A stretch of 64,000 bases of DNA, from the IMG/VR virus record IMGVR_UViG_3300014203_000001, positions 1 through 64,000 of that record, one strand, 5' to 3'. The notes beneath the pieces were generated by a model. The model saw only the letters and a list, made by a program, of their open reading frames with translations. It ran no database searches and had not been told where the DNA came from. This stretch comes from a virus (Duplodnaviria; Caudoviricetes). Positions 29,309 to 37,937 of the stretch are shown piece by piece (position 1 is the stretch's first letter; every line of letters begins with the position of its first letter). A program made the position numbers and the translations under genes.

Positions 29309-29542
29309 ATGAAGACTATAAATGATTATGAAAAGAAAACATTAATAGTTGCTGATTTTGTACAGCATACGGATGGTAAGGTTGATATATTAATAATTGA
29401 TAATGATGATGAAATTTTGTATGACGGAAGACAAGAGTACCTTGCCTGGACAGGTGAAGGAGTAGCTGATAAAGTATGCGACAGAATAGTTAATTGGTTT
29501 GATATAAGCTCGGACACAAAAATAGTATTATATTTAGAATAA
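29309..29542 (+). CDS. Small acidic hypothetical protein
   Basis: 77 aa, RBS GGGGAG. Confidence 0.75.
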   Translation: MKTINDYEKKTLIVADFVQHTDGKVDILIIDNDDEILYDGRQEYLAWTGEGVADKVCDRIVNWFDISSDTKIVLYLE

Positions 29543-29573
29543 AAATATATTGTATGAGGGAGGAAGGTAAAAT

Positions 29574-29870
29574 ATGTTTTTTAAATTGAATAGAAATGGA
29601 TATCATCATTGGAGCCATGAATTGGCTCCTAATACGTTATTATTTATTTCGATAATTCCACTAGGTAAAGACGGATACAGTGTAGCTATGGATCTAAACG
29701 GCACAACTATTTCTACATTCGCTATAGAAAAATGCACTCTATCAGATCTGGAACCGTTGATAATGGAAATGGTTAATAACTATATTAATACTTTACACGA
29801 TTCTATTATTACCTTAAATAATAATAAAAATTTAGTAGAAAATTGTATAACTAGAATTTTAATAGAATAG
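29574..29870 (+). CDS. Hypothetical protein
   Basis: 98 aa, RBS GGAGG. Confidence 0.75.
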   Translation: MFFKLNRNGYHHWSHELAPNTLLFISIIPLGKDGYSVAMDLNGTTISTFAIEKCTLSDLEPLIMEMVNNYINTLHDSIITLNNNKNLVENCITRILIE

Positions 29871-29873
29871 GAG

Positions 29874-30224
29874 ATGATTATAATGGACGTAGTAAAATCT
29901 GCTACAGCTGAAGGTATTTATCTTATTAAAGTTGGATATATAATCGAAGGTATGGAAGAAACACTTATAGAAGTATGTGTTGATGATAATAGAAGTAAAG
30001 AGAAAGATTGTATAAGTGCAGAAATTTATCTTGGTGATAAAGTTATCGTAGAAATTACGGGAACGAAAGGTCAAGATATAAAATCTTTTGTAGAAAATAA
30101 TATAAGATCGGAATTGGCTGAGCTAAGATATAAAATAAGAAACGGAATAGCGGACCCAGTACGTGTTCATGAATTACATCCTACTATATATTATTTAGAC
30201 GGTAAAAGAGAGTACTCAATATGA
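29874..30224 (+). CDS. Hypothetical protein
   Basis: 116 aa; stop lies within hairpin AGAGAGTACTCA-ata-TGAGTACTCTCT. Confidence 0.75.
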   Translation: MIIMDVVKSATAEGIYLIKVGYIIEGMEETLIEVCVDDNRSKEKDCISAEIYLGDKVIVEITGTKGQDIKSFVENNIRSELAELRYKIRNGIADPVRVHELHPTIYYLDGKREYSI

Positions 30225-30318
30225 GTACTCTCTTTATTTTTTGATATAATGAAGATATATAATTATATATTATATAAGTGAGCAATAGTAAAATACAATT
30301 AGAAAGAGGTGATAATAA

Positions 30319-30768
30319 ATGGCAGCAATAATAGGAGAACGTTTATATGAATTAAGAAAAAGTAATAAAAAGATGACGCAAGATAAGCTTGCTAAATTAG
30401 TTTTTATTTCTAAACAAGTTATATCTAATATGGAAAGGGGAGTAACTTCAACTATAAATAGTCATAATCTAAATCTGATAGCGTATCATTTAAAAACAAA
30501 TGTAAAATATCTTTCAGGCGAATCAGACGATCCTACAGTTATTGATATTATAGACCCTAATGATATAAATTTTATAGAATTCGGTAATATTCTATCGGCT
30601 GGACCACGTATATTAAATGCCGATTCTATAGGAATATTGAAGCATCTATTCCAAACTGATAATTTGGACGATATTAAAATTATATCGATAGTTTTAGATT
30701 TGCTACGTAATGATATAAATAAAAATTTATTAATAGATATTCTTGAATCTTTTAAGAAAAATATTTGA
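30319..30768 (+). CDS. XRE-family helix-turn-helix regulator
   Basis: IGERLYELRK...MTQDKLAKLVFISKQVISNMERG...NVKYLSG; own family-B early cassette (30263-30318) and terminator. Confidence 0.88.
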   Translation: MAAIIGERLYELRKSNKKMTQDKLAKLVFISKQVISNMERGVTSTINSHNLNLIAYHLKTNVKYLSGESDDPTVIDIIDPNDINFIEFGNILSAGPRILNADSIGILKHLFQTDNLDDIKIISIVLDLLRNDINKNLLIDILESFKKNI

Positions 30769-30808
30769 AGATATAAGAGAGTACTCGATTGAGTACTCTC
30801 TTTATTTT

Positions 30809-31654
30809 TTATAATTTATAACAGAAGTTCATGATTTCATTTTGTATATGCCGTTCAGTAGGAAGTACAATCTTATCATAGTTCTTATCCACTAAAGTAA
30901 TTTCTTTACCATCTTCAGATAGAAGAATACTTTCATAGAATGTATCGAAGTTATTGATAATAGTTTGTAGATTAGCAGATTCAGCTAATATATAATCCCT
31001 AACAGTAGAATTACTAATAGGAGTTATAATTTGGAATCCTTCCTGCACTGCTTGTACATTACCACTTTCGGTAACGTATTTAGGCACATATATAAACTTC
31101 TCATCTTGTATCCCAGCATTCTCACTAATGATTTTAGTAGTGTATGCTTTAGGGTGAGAAGGATAATATACTCTGTCATATGTAACGATCTTTATATTAC
31201 GAACATATGCTTTACCACCACTCTGCATGATAGTACCTAATGCTCTAAGAGAGAATGATGGCTTTTGACCATCTTTAAGATCTTCATTAAAAGATCTACC
31301 TAGTTCATTATTAGTACCACGGAATTGTGCTTTTACGTAATTACCATCCATCCAAAGTTTAGTGTACCATACTTGTTCTAGAGTAGGATCTATTTTCTGT
31401 TGTCTAGCTAGGTCATTAGCAGAAGGATGTCCTGCTTCGCCTTTAAAGTTACCACTATTAACTAACTCCTGTTGTTTAGCACAATGAATTTCTTTATTAA
31501 GATCTTCTCTACCATAACAACGTTTATTTCTATTCTCTTCTTCTGCTTCTTGAATAATACCTTCGGCAATAACAAAGCTTCTAGATTGATTTACTATATT
31601 AAACTCAACGTCTTTAGCCGATGATTCGCATATTATATAAGCCAATGCATTCAT
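30809..31654 (-). CDS. Prohead (head maturation) protease, T4 gp21-like
   Basis: NRNKRCY, catalytic GEAGHP and FSLRALG, VTYDRVYYPSH; late promoter at 31675-31686. Confidence 0.88.
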   Translation of the reverse strand: MNALAYIICESSAKDVEFNIVNQSRSFVIAEGIIQEAEEENRNKRCYGREDLNKEIHCAKQQELVNSGNFKGEAGHPSANDLARQQKIDPTLEQVWYTKLWMDGNYVKAQFRGTNNELGRSFNEDLKDGQKPSFSLRALGTIMQSGGKAYVRNIKIVTYDRVYYPSHPKAYTTKIISENAGIQDEKFIYVPKYVTESGNVQAVQEGFQIITPISNSTVRDYILAESANLQTIINNFDTFYESILLSEDGKEITLVDKNYDKIVLPTERHIQNEIMNFCYKL

Positions 31655-31730
31655 TCGATTACCTCCTTTTGCTTTATATCTATGTTTAAAGACTCAGAGG
31701 TAGGTAGATTGTAATTGCATATGATTTGAG

Positions 31731-31744
31731 TTATATATTATATA
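31731..31744 (+). promoter_or_regulatory. Early promoter
   Basis: TTATATATTATATA-CA-TGA, exact match to the early consensus. Confidence 0.75.
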
Positions 31745-31798
31745 CATGAATAATATATTATAAAACCTTCTTACTTATAAAGAAGGGAGGGAAGTCCA

Positions 31799-31831
31799 AT
31801 GGATAATAATACGACAGGCTGGGAAAGATAG
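31799..31831 (+). CDS. Candidate 10-aa micropeptide MDNNTTGWER
   Basis: SD AAGGGAGG 8 nt before ATG; the only SD-led ORF between an early promoter and the terminator at 31838-31863. Confidence 0.45.
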   Translation: MDNNTTGWER

Positions 31832-31837
31832 TGAATG

Positions 31838-31863
31838 GCAGCAATAGGAATTCCTATTGCTGC
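31838..31863. terminator. Palindromic terminator hairpin
   Basis: GCAGCAATAGGAATTCCTATTGCTGC, perfect palindrome. Confidence 0.8.
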
Positions 31864-31870
31864 AAAACTT

Positions 31871-32284
31871 TTATTTTTTATACGTTTTAGCTGTCGTAAC
31901 TTTTGTATCTTCTACCTTATCTGCAATTACTGGAGTTTCTGGTACGATTACTGTACCGCTCACTTCTGCAGTAATTTCTACTTTGGGTTCTTCTTTTACT
32001 GGAGTAGTAATCACTGGTTCTTGCGTGGGTGGAACTACAGGTGGGGTAGCTTCAGTTTTCTCTTCTGGAACTTTAACTTCTTCTTTTTCATGATTATCTT
32101 TATCATAGTTGATGAAATCTAAAGGAATAGTTCTACTTCCAATAACCTCTTCAACTTTAGCTTTTTCATGGATGCAGATTAAAATCTCCTCTACATCAAG
32201 AACAATACCTTTAACGTTTCCAACGATAGGATGTTTAATACCAACCACTGGGACTGATGCTTTTACATTTACTTTCTTTTGCAT
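31871..32284 (-). CDS. Late hypothetical protein with P/T/E/V-rich tail
   Basis: 137 aa, RBS AGGAGG. Confidence 0.75.
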   Translation of the reverse strand: MQKKVNVKASVPVVGIKHPIVGNVKGIVLDVEEILICIHEKAKVEEVIGSRTIPLDFINYDKDNHEKEEVKVPEEKTEATPPVVPPTQEPVITTPVKEEPKVEITAEVSGTVIVPETPVIADKVEDTKVTTAKTYKK

Positions 32285-32305
32285 TTTTATTTTCCTCCTA
32301 ATATT

Positions 32306-32494
32306 TTATAAATCTTCTTCACCGCAGTCATCATAATCGTCACCGAGAAGAACAGCATCAACTGCGTCACTATCTCCATCACCATCTGTGAGTAAATCTT
32401 CTTCTGCATCTTCGATGTCATCAATTTCGTCATCTACTATAGACAAAACGATATCATCGTCATACATTTCTTCATTTATAATATCTTCTACCAT
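32306..32494 (-). CDS. Extremely acidic small late protein (possible prohead core)
   Basis: 62 aa with 29 D/E and no K/R; RBS GGAGG. Confidence 0.7.
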   Translation of the reverse strand: MVEDIINEEMYDDDIVLSIVDDEIDDIEDAEEDLLTDGDGDSDAVDAVLLGDDYDDCGEEDL

Positions 32495-32495
32495 T

Positions 32496-32678
32496 CTAGT
32501 TTACCTCCACATATTTTTCTTCTGCTGGAAATAATTCTGATAGTTCTTCATTTACAGATTTGGATTCCATTAGTGAATCTAATATATCTCCATCATCCGT
32601 ATCCAGATCGAACGTAGCATCATAATTATCATTATCAACCATTTCTTGTAGTAAAAATTTATCAATAGCTTTAGACAA
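32496..32678 (-). CDS. Acidic small late protein (possible prohead core)
   Basis: 60 aa, TTG start behind AAAGGAG; late promoter at 32705-32716. Confidence 0.7.
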   Translation of the reverse strand: MSKAIDKFLLQEMVDNDNYDATFDLDTDDGDILDSLMESKSVNEELSELFPAEEKYVEVN

Positions 32679-32715
32679 TTCAATCGCTCCTTTCTAAGCA
32701 ATTTTAATTATATGT

Positions 32716-33933
32716 TCAGGCAAGGGTTTTAAGATCAGTTTTTAATATGTCTTTAGCAAAATGCTCTAGTATAAATACTACAATTGGTATATTGTAGTAT
32801 AATTCTATACTGGGGCTGTACTCTATTTTCTCTAAAGCATTTATCATATCCTGTGTTACTGGTCTATTATGGAAGTAGCATCCTATAATATTATAATACT
32901 CCTTAGAATGACCAGGTTCTAATATCTTTCCTTCTAATACCACTTCTATAAAATCAGTATCAAATAAATCTATAGGATCTGCTAACATTCCTAGTTTAGT
33001 GTTGTACTCTATCATAAAGTAGTCTTCCATTCTAGTAGTCAATAAAGAACAAGGATCAGTTACCATTACTCCATATACTCTCTGGAAATCTATTTTATTA
33101 TCCATAGTCTCTAGATGTTTGAATATTGTCTTGTTATATTCTATACAGAATGTATATGGTAAGAATACCTGTTGGGTTACAAATATATACCTATCTGGAG
33201 TGCTTAGAATATTATTCCTCATTGCAAACTCTACCATATAAGGATCATAGAAAAAACAATCATTAAATGGAAAGATATACGTTTGCACTCTATTCTTAAA
33301 GAATAGACTGTTATAGTATTCTATTAGAGTATCAGTAACGTCTTCGATGCTACTTATAAAATCATATTCGTTATTACTAATAACGGTTTTGAAACTGGTT
33401 CCAATATTGCCTATAATCATCTTAAAATCACCGACAACCTGCTTATCTATTTTAAGATCAAAGTTGTCTAGTTTATAAGTTAACTTGTAGAAGTTAGCAC
33501 CATTCTCTATAGTGTCCAATCCTACTGCTAGTATTCTAAAAAAGATATTCTTTCCTACATGGTTAATAACAAAATAACCCTCAGTATATGGAACAAATGT
33601 TTCTGGAGGGAGATATGCTTCTCCTTCAACTGGGTCAGATTCGGTGCCCCATTCCCCTATATCTATATTTAGAAGAATCTTCTCTATATTATATAGGATA
33701 GTATTTTCTATCTTATTGAATCTTAGTCCACTCTGAGGTCCAACTGATTCGTATATTTGCTTAGTCCCATCGTCTAAAGTAGATAGCTTGGGATCTGGAT
33801 TATAAAAAGTAACCATCGTTGGTTTCTTATCATTAAAAGTATAGAAAGCATTGTTCGCTATCTTTTCTTTTACACCATCCGCTAAGCTATTTATTACATT
33901 CATCATTTCTACATTTAGAAATTTTCCACTCAT
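32716..33933 (-). CDS. Late protein, probably virion structural
   Basis: Start revised to MSGKF behind AAGGGGG; late promoter AACATTGGAGTA at 33951-33962. Confidence 0.65.
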   Translation of the reverse strand: MSGKFLNVEMMNVINSLADGVKEKIANNAFYTFNDKKPTMVTFYNPDPKLSTLDDGTKQIYESVGPQSGLRFNKIENTILYNIEKILLNIDIGEWGTESDPVEGEAYLPPETFVPYTEGYFVINHVGKNIFFRILAVGLDTIENGANFYKLTYKLDNFDLKIDKQVVGDFKMIIGNIGTSFKTVISNNEYDFISSIEDVTDTLIEYYNSLFFKNRVQTYIFPFNDCFFYDPYMVEFAMRNNILSTPDRYIFVTQQVFLPYTFCIEYNKTIFKHLETMDNKIDFQRVYGVMVTDPCSLLTTRMEDYFMIEYNTKLGMLADPIDLFDTDFIEVVLEGKILEPGHSKEYYNIIGCYFHNRPVTQDMINALEKIEYSPSIELYYNIPIVVFILEHFAKDILKTDLKTLA

Positions 33934-33996
33934 GTTTACGCCCCCTTTATTACTCCAATGTTTAGAAAAAATAAAGCACATCGTGTTACAATGTGC

Positions 33997-35049
33997 TTAT
34001 ATACGAGTGATCTGGTCTTTTATATTTTCTAATTTAACACCAAAGTCTTTTTCGTTAGGGAATACATTGCGATGTAAATAAACCTTTATTCCTATAGGAG
34101 TTACTAGATCTGCAACTGCCTTTATCTGTTCTTCAGGAACGTCGTTATCCATATACAAATGGAGTTCACAATTAATTATTCCCATCCCAGATAATATAAG
34201 ATTTATTACATTAAGATACGATCTACCACCTATAGACATATAAATATTTTGTTCTCTATTTCCATTATTAAGATTATAGAAGATTGATAAGATATCAAAT
34301 GGACCCTCTGCAATATGAATCTTAATCGGAACCAAAGACATAAGATTACATTTTGTTGGTATAGAGTAAAATCTTCTAGAGTTGTTTAAAGAATCTTTGA
34401 ATATACTGTAGTTAGTATATCTACGATCTATGAACTTACTAACACAGCCTTTCTTCCTTAGATTCTTTAGATTAATGAATCCATTATCCATAGATAAGAA
34501 TCCCAAAAAGCTATCGTCTAGTTCTTTCACTATATTATCATACATCGTATACTCTTTTATCTTATTAGAGTTTAATAGATCTAATAAATTAAGAACAATC
34601 TTATTCTCTAACAGATCACTATAAGTAAGATCTAAACCAAGTCTTTTATTTATATAGAATAGTTTAGCCTCACTTAACTTATCTTTCCTTATATAATTAT
34701 TATATACTTTATAAGTCTTATTTTTCCTCATTCGGTTCTTAGAGAGCTTAACTGTTTTTGTATTATTGTCTCTAAGATCACATATCATTTCTCCGTCTTT
34801 ACTACAGTCTACAAGGCTCATCAATACATCGGGAGTTAGAATTCCTTTAGTACTACACTTAAAACAATAGTACATTGGAGGTACATTATTTACTTCATCG
34901 CCTAATGATATATACAGATGCCGTGCATTATGATCTGATTGGCTATCTCCACAAAATCTACATCTAATAGCAACTTCTGCCTGCCCTGATGCGGTTCGTC
35001 CATCGTTAAATTTTCTTAATAAAAAATCTCTTAGTTTGTCTGCAAACAT
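33997..35049 (-). CDS. DNA primase
   Basis: Zinc-binding RCRFCGDS...YYCFKC; TOPRIM motifs IAEGPFD, YMDND, EKDFG. Confidence 0.88.
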   Translation of the reverse strand: MFADKLRDFLLRKFNDGRTASGQAEVAIRCRFCGDSQSDHNARHLYISLGDEVNNVPPMYYCFKCSTKGILTPDVLMSLVDCSKDGEMICDLRDNNTKTVKLSKNRMRKNKTYKVYNNYIRKDKLSEAKLFYINKRLGLDLTYSDLLENKIVLNLLDLLNSNKIKEYTMYDNIVKELDDSFLGFLSMDNGFINLKNLRKKGCVSKFIDRRYTNYSIFKDSLNNSRRFYSIPTKCNLMSLVPIKIHIAEGPFDILSIFYNLNNGNREQNIYMSIGGRSYLNVINLILSGMGIINCELHLYMDNDVPEEQIKAVADLVTPIGIKVYLHRNVFPNEKDFGVKLENIKDQITRI

Positions 35050-35057
35050 ATCAAGAC

Positions 35058-35165
35058 CTACTTTCTAAATCCACATATCATTTCTAATAGACGGATCGCA
35101 CCTATAATAATAAAAAGTAATCCCAATTCTATTGTCAATGCCCTTGCTAAAATCTTTCCAAACAT
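35058..35165 (-). CDS. Small single-TM protein (35 aa; not in ORF track)
   Basis: MFGKILARALTIELGLLFIIIGAIRLLEMICGFRK; RBS AAGGAGG. Confidence 0.55.
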   Translation of the reverse strand: MFGKILARALTIELGLLFIIIGAIRLLEMICGFRK

Positions 35166-35231
35166 TTTATCCTCCCTTTTATTAGTAAAATTATGAGAGT
35201 ATGCTTGTATGCATACTCTCATATCTTATAT

Positions 35232-36863
35232 TTAAATCATTAATGAAAACATTAATATCTCTTCACATATAATCTCTGGAACAGCTGGAGCTGGAACTAC
35301 CACTCCGTGTAATTCTGAGTTATAGAAATCGATATTTTTGAATTCTGACGCTAAAATCTGAGCTATTATCTTGGATAGATTTTGCTCATATATTTTAGGA
35401 TTGCGATACTTATTTACTACTTTAGGATAATTATCAGACAACATTGTTCGTTGCATGATCTTCTTATTGACGGTCTTTCTTGTTACGAATCTGCTTATCT
35501 TACCACCGATTACAAATGGTAGTAATTTTTGACCCTCTAAAATTAATTTTCGTTTAGCAGATATCATAAGAATTATATACTCATCATCATTTACCATTCT
35601 CACAGCCTGAGTATCATAGAAATATCTCTGAAACAAATATGCTACAAGATTTTCTTGAAAGTCGTTTCTCAATGCTTTCCCATCAGCAGTTAGTTCCTTT
35701 CGATAGAAATCTATTTCTTCTTTAGAGAAAGGTCCATACTCTTCTATGATTCGACGCATTGTTGTTGTAGCATTGACGTTAACTTGAAGAAGCATTGCTT
35801 CATCTTGTTTAGTCATATGAGCTTCAAACTTATCAATCTCACTATTGTTATCGTCATCTCTGTTAGATGAGGATACTGTGGTTAATGCATACTCATATGG
35901 AATATCAACAACTTTATATTTGATATCCCTATTAATAGCATCTAGGTTAAAACATATTACACTTTTAGAATATATATATTTAGGAATGATTTGGACTATT
36001 ATATCCTCTACTGTAGCTATAGAATGTATGGTTGGGTTTCTCGCTCTAATATCTTGCATTCCCCATAATCCACTATCCGAAATAGTAGATTGGTTTACTT
36101 TAGTCCGAGTAGTTTCTAATAGCTTAGAATACATATTTACCCTATACTTGTTTAGAACCATGATAAAAATCCTATCAAATACTCTCAAGAGAACTCTTTT
36201 GATATCTATAGGATTGTACTTCCTGGTATAAATAAAATGGGCTAATAATGGTATGATCATATTTTGTAATAATGAGATCTCCATAAATATAGTAGCATGA
36301 TGCTTACTATATTCTAAACAAGGATTATTCTTATTCTTATAATCAAATTCGATATAATAATTTACATCATTCATACACGATATTTGATAGTGAATAATAG
36401 GAGAAGACTTATAATCAATTATATATCGCACTAGATCATTAAGTAAGTTATCTTCACTATAGTTTTCTCTATAGTCGATCAGATACTTGATCTGTGCCAT
36501 TAACCCTAGTAATACATGCCCCCTATCAAAGAATTTCTCGAAATAATTTAGATACGTTGTATTATGCTCTCGAAATCCAATTGTTAGGTTTCCCTCTTTG
36601 TTAATTTTGGTTTCGCTATTATAGCAACGTTTTGATGACATCATAAAATAATTTATATCGCTATTATCTGGCATACCGTATAAGGGAGCTATATTCGCAT
36701 ATATAATTCCCTTACTGTGTTTGAATATTAGGTCGTCTGGGCTGGGAACCCAATTATCCACTAGTATTTTCTCTGGGACTGGAACTCGTTCGACTATTTG
36801 TACAAGCTTTTCTTTACTCTCTGCATTTATCAAGTAATCTTCCTCCCCTTTATAATAAAACAT
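35232..36863 (-). CDS. Candidate non-virion RNAP promoter-specificity subunit (AR9 gp226 / phiKZ gp68-like)
   Basis: 543-aa helical protein with an early promoter at 36896-36909. It lies close to the chaperonin gene, recalling AR9 gp226 next to gp228. The call rests on position, size and promoter class, not on a recognised motif. Confidence 0.5.
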   Translation of the reverse strand: MFYYKGEEDYLINAESKEKLVQIVERVPVPEKILVDNWVPSPDDLIFKHSKGIIYANIAPLYGMPDNSDINYFMMSSKRCYNSETKINKEGNLTIGFREHNTTYLNYFEKFFDRGHVLLGLMAQIKYLIDYRENYSEDNLLNDLVRYIIDYKSSPIIHYQISCMNDVNYYIEFDYKNKNNPCLEYSKHHATIFMEISLLQNMIIPLLAHFIYTRKYNPIDIKRVLLRVFDRIFIMVLNKYRVNMYSKLLETTRTKVNQSTISDSGLWGMQDIRARNPTIHSIATVEDIIVQIIPKYIYSKSVICFNLDAINRDIKYKVVDIPYEYALTTVSSSNRDDDNNSEIDKFEAHMTKQDEAMLLQVNVNATTTMRRIIEEYGPFSKEEIDFYRKELTADGKALRNDFQENLVAYLFQRYFYDTQAVRMVNDDEYIILMISAKRKLILEGQKLLPFVIGGKISRFVTRKTVNKKIMQRTMLSDNYPKVVNKYRNPKIYEQNLSKIIAQILASEFKNIDFYNSELHGVVVPAPAVPEIICEEILMFSLMI

Positions 36864-36911
36864 ATGTTATTTCATATACGTGAATCACCTCCACATATAT
36901 AATATATAACC

Positions 36912-37685
36912 TTATTTTCTTTTTGTTGTTTTAGTATACTTGGTTGCTTTGGTAGATTTTACATTGCTTTTTGCCTTTGCTTTGATAGCATACATCGTAC
37001 TCTTAGCTACTAAAGTGCTACCAGTGTTCTTTGGACCTCTACTCTTCTTTATTTCTGGTAATGGTTTCTTTTTACTTAGATTCTCACCCGCAGCTTGTCT
37101 AGCTGCCACCTTTTGATCTGCATGGTCTATCTCGAATAGAAGAGCTTCTTTAGAATATGTTTTAGTTTCCCCTAGCCAAGCTACTTTCTTATCCAATCCT
37201 TTTAGTTTGATATATAGGTATGCAAAGTAAATTTGTTTTACGTATCCTATTACATCCTTAGGGTTCTTAATAACCGCTTTATCAGTCAAAGCTTTACTAC
37301 TCATTTTCTCTTTAAGATCTTCAATAAACATCTTATTCTTATTGAATGCATGAGCATGGGTAAATACAAATGCTGGATCGTTAGAGAAGAATTTAGTCTC
37401 ATAACTGTTTAGATTATTCTCAGCAGCTACTGCTGTATTGGAAGTAATATACTCAATTACCACATCATAGTAAAATTTACCAATTAATTCCGACGGGATT
37501 TTAAGATGGATAAGATATCTCTTATCGCTATCTTTATATAGAGTATACATTATTCTACCAGCATCTCGCACTAATACAGTATCGAACTTCTGCGTATAAA
37601 GATCTTTATATACTCCCCGTTGGCTATATACTGCATTGTTCTTACCCATAGGGTTCTTTATGTATTCATCGAAAGTCATAATCAT
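36912..37685 (-). CDS. Hypothetical protein with basic C-terminal tail
   Basis: 257-aa ORF. Confidence 0.75.
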   Translation of the reverse strand: MIMTFDEYIKNPMGKNNAVYSQRGVYKDLYTQKFDTVLVRDAGRIMYTLYKDSDKRYLIHLKIPSELIGKFYYDVVIEYITSNTAVAAENNLNSYETKFFSNDPAFVFTHAHAFNKNKMFIEDLKEKMSSKALTDKAVIKNPKDVIGYVKQIYFAYLYIKLKGLDKKVAWLGETKTYSKEALLFEIDHADQKVAARQAAGENLSKKKPLPEIKKSRGPKNTGSTLVAKSTMYAIKAKAKSNVKSTKATKYTKTTKRK

Positions 37686-37693
37686 ATTATAAC

Positions 37694-37843
37694 CTACCTT
37701 TTAGCTTTCTTCTTATCCATAATCAAGTTGTTCTTGATATTTTCATCTTCTCTCTCATATGTAGCGAGTCCAATATCAGTTTGTACAATCCACATACCAA
37801 ACATAAATACTGCAAGTCCTAAGATAAATCTTTTACTAAACAT
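37694..37843 (-). CDS. Small membrane/secreted protein (49 aa; not in ORF track)
   Basis: MFSKRFILGLAVFMFGMWIVQTDIGLATYEREDENIKNNLIMDKKKAKR; RBS AAGGAGG. Confidence 0.6.
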   Translation of the reverse strand: MFSKRFILGLAVFMFGMWIVQTDIGLATYEREDENIKNNLIMDKKKAKR

Positions 37844-37937
37844 AATATTCCTCCTTTACCAAATAAATACAAGGTTACGGATAATCCGTAACCTTGATAT
37901 ACACTTTTTAATAAGATGTAATGGGTAATATAATTTT

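Noticed and set aside
31835-32122. Plus-strand 95-aa ORF downstream of the early promoter at 31731
   Set aside because: It starts at the terminator hairpin, lacks a good SD, and is antisense to a real late gene.
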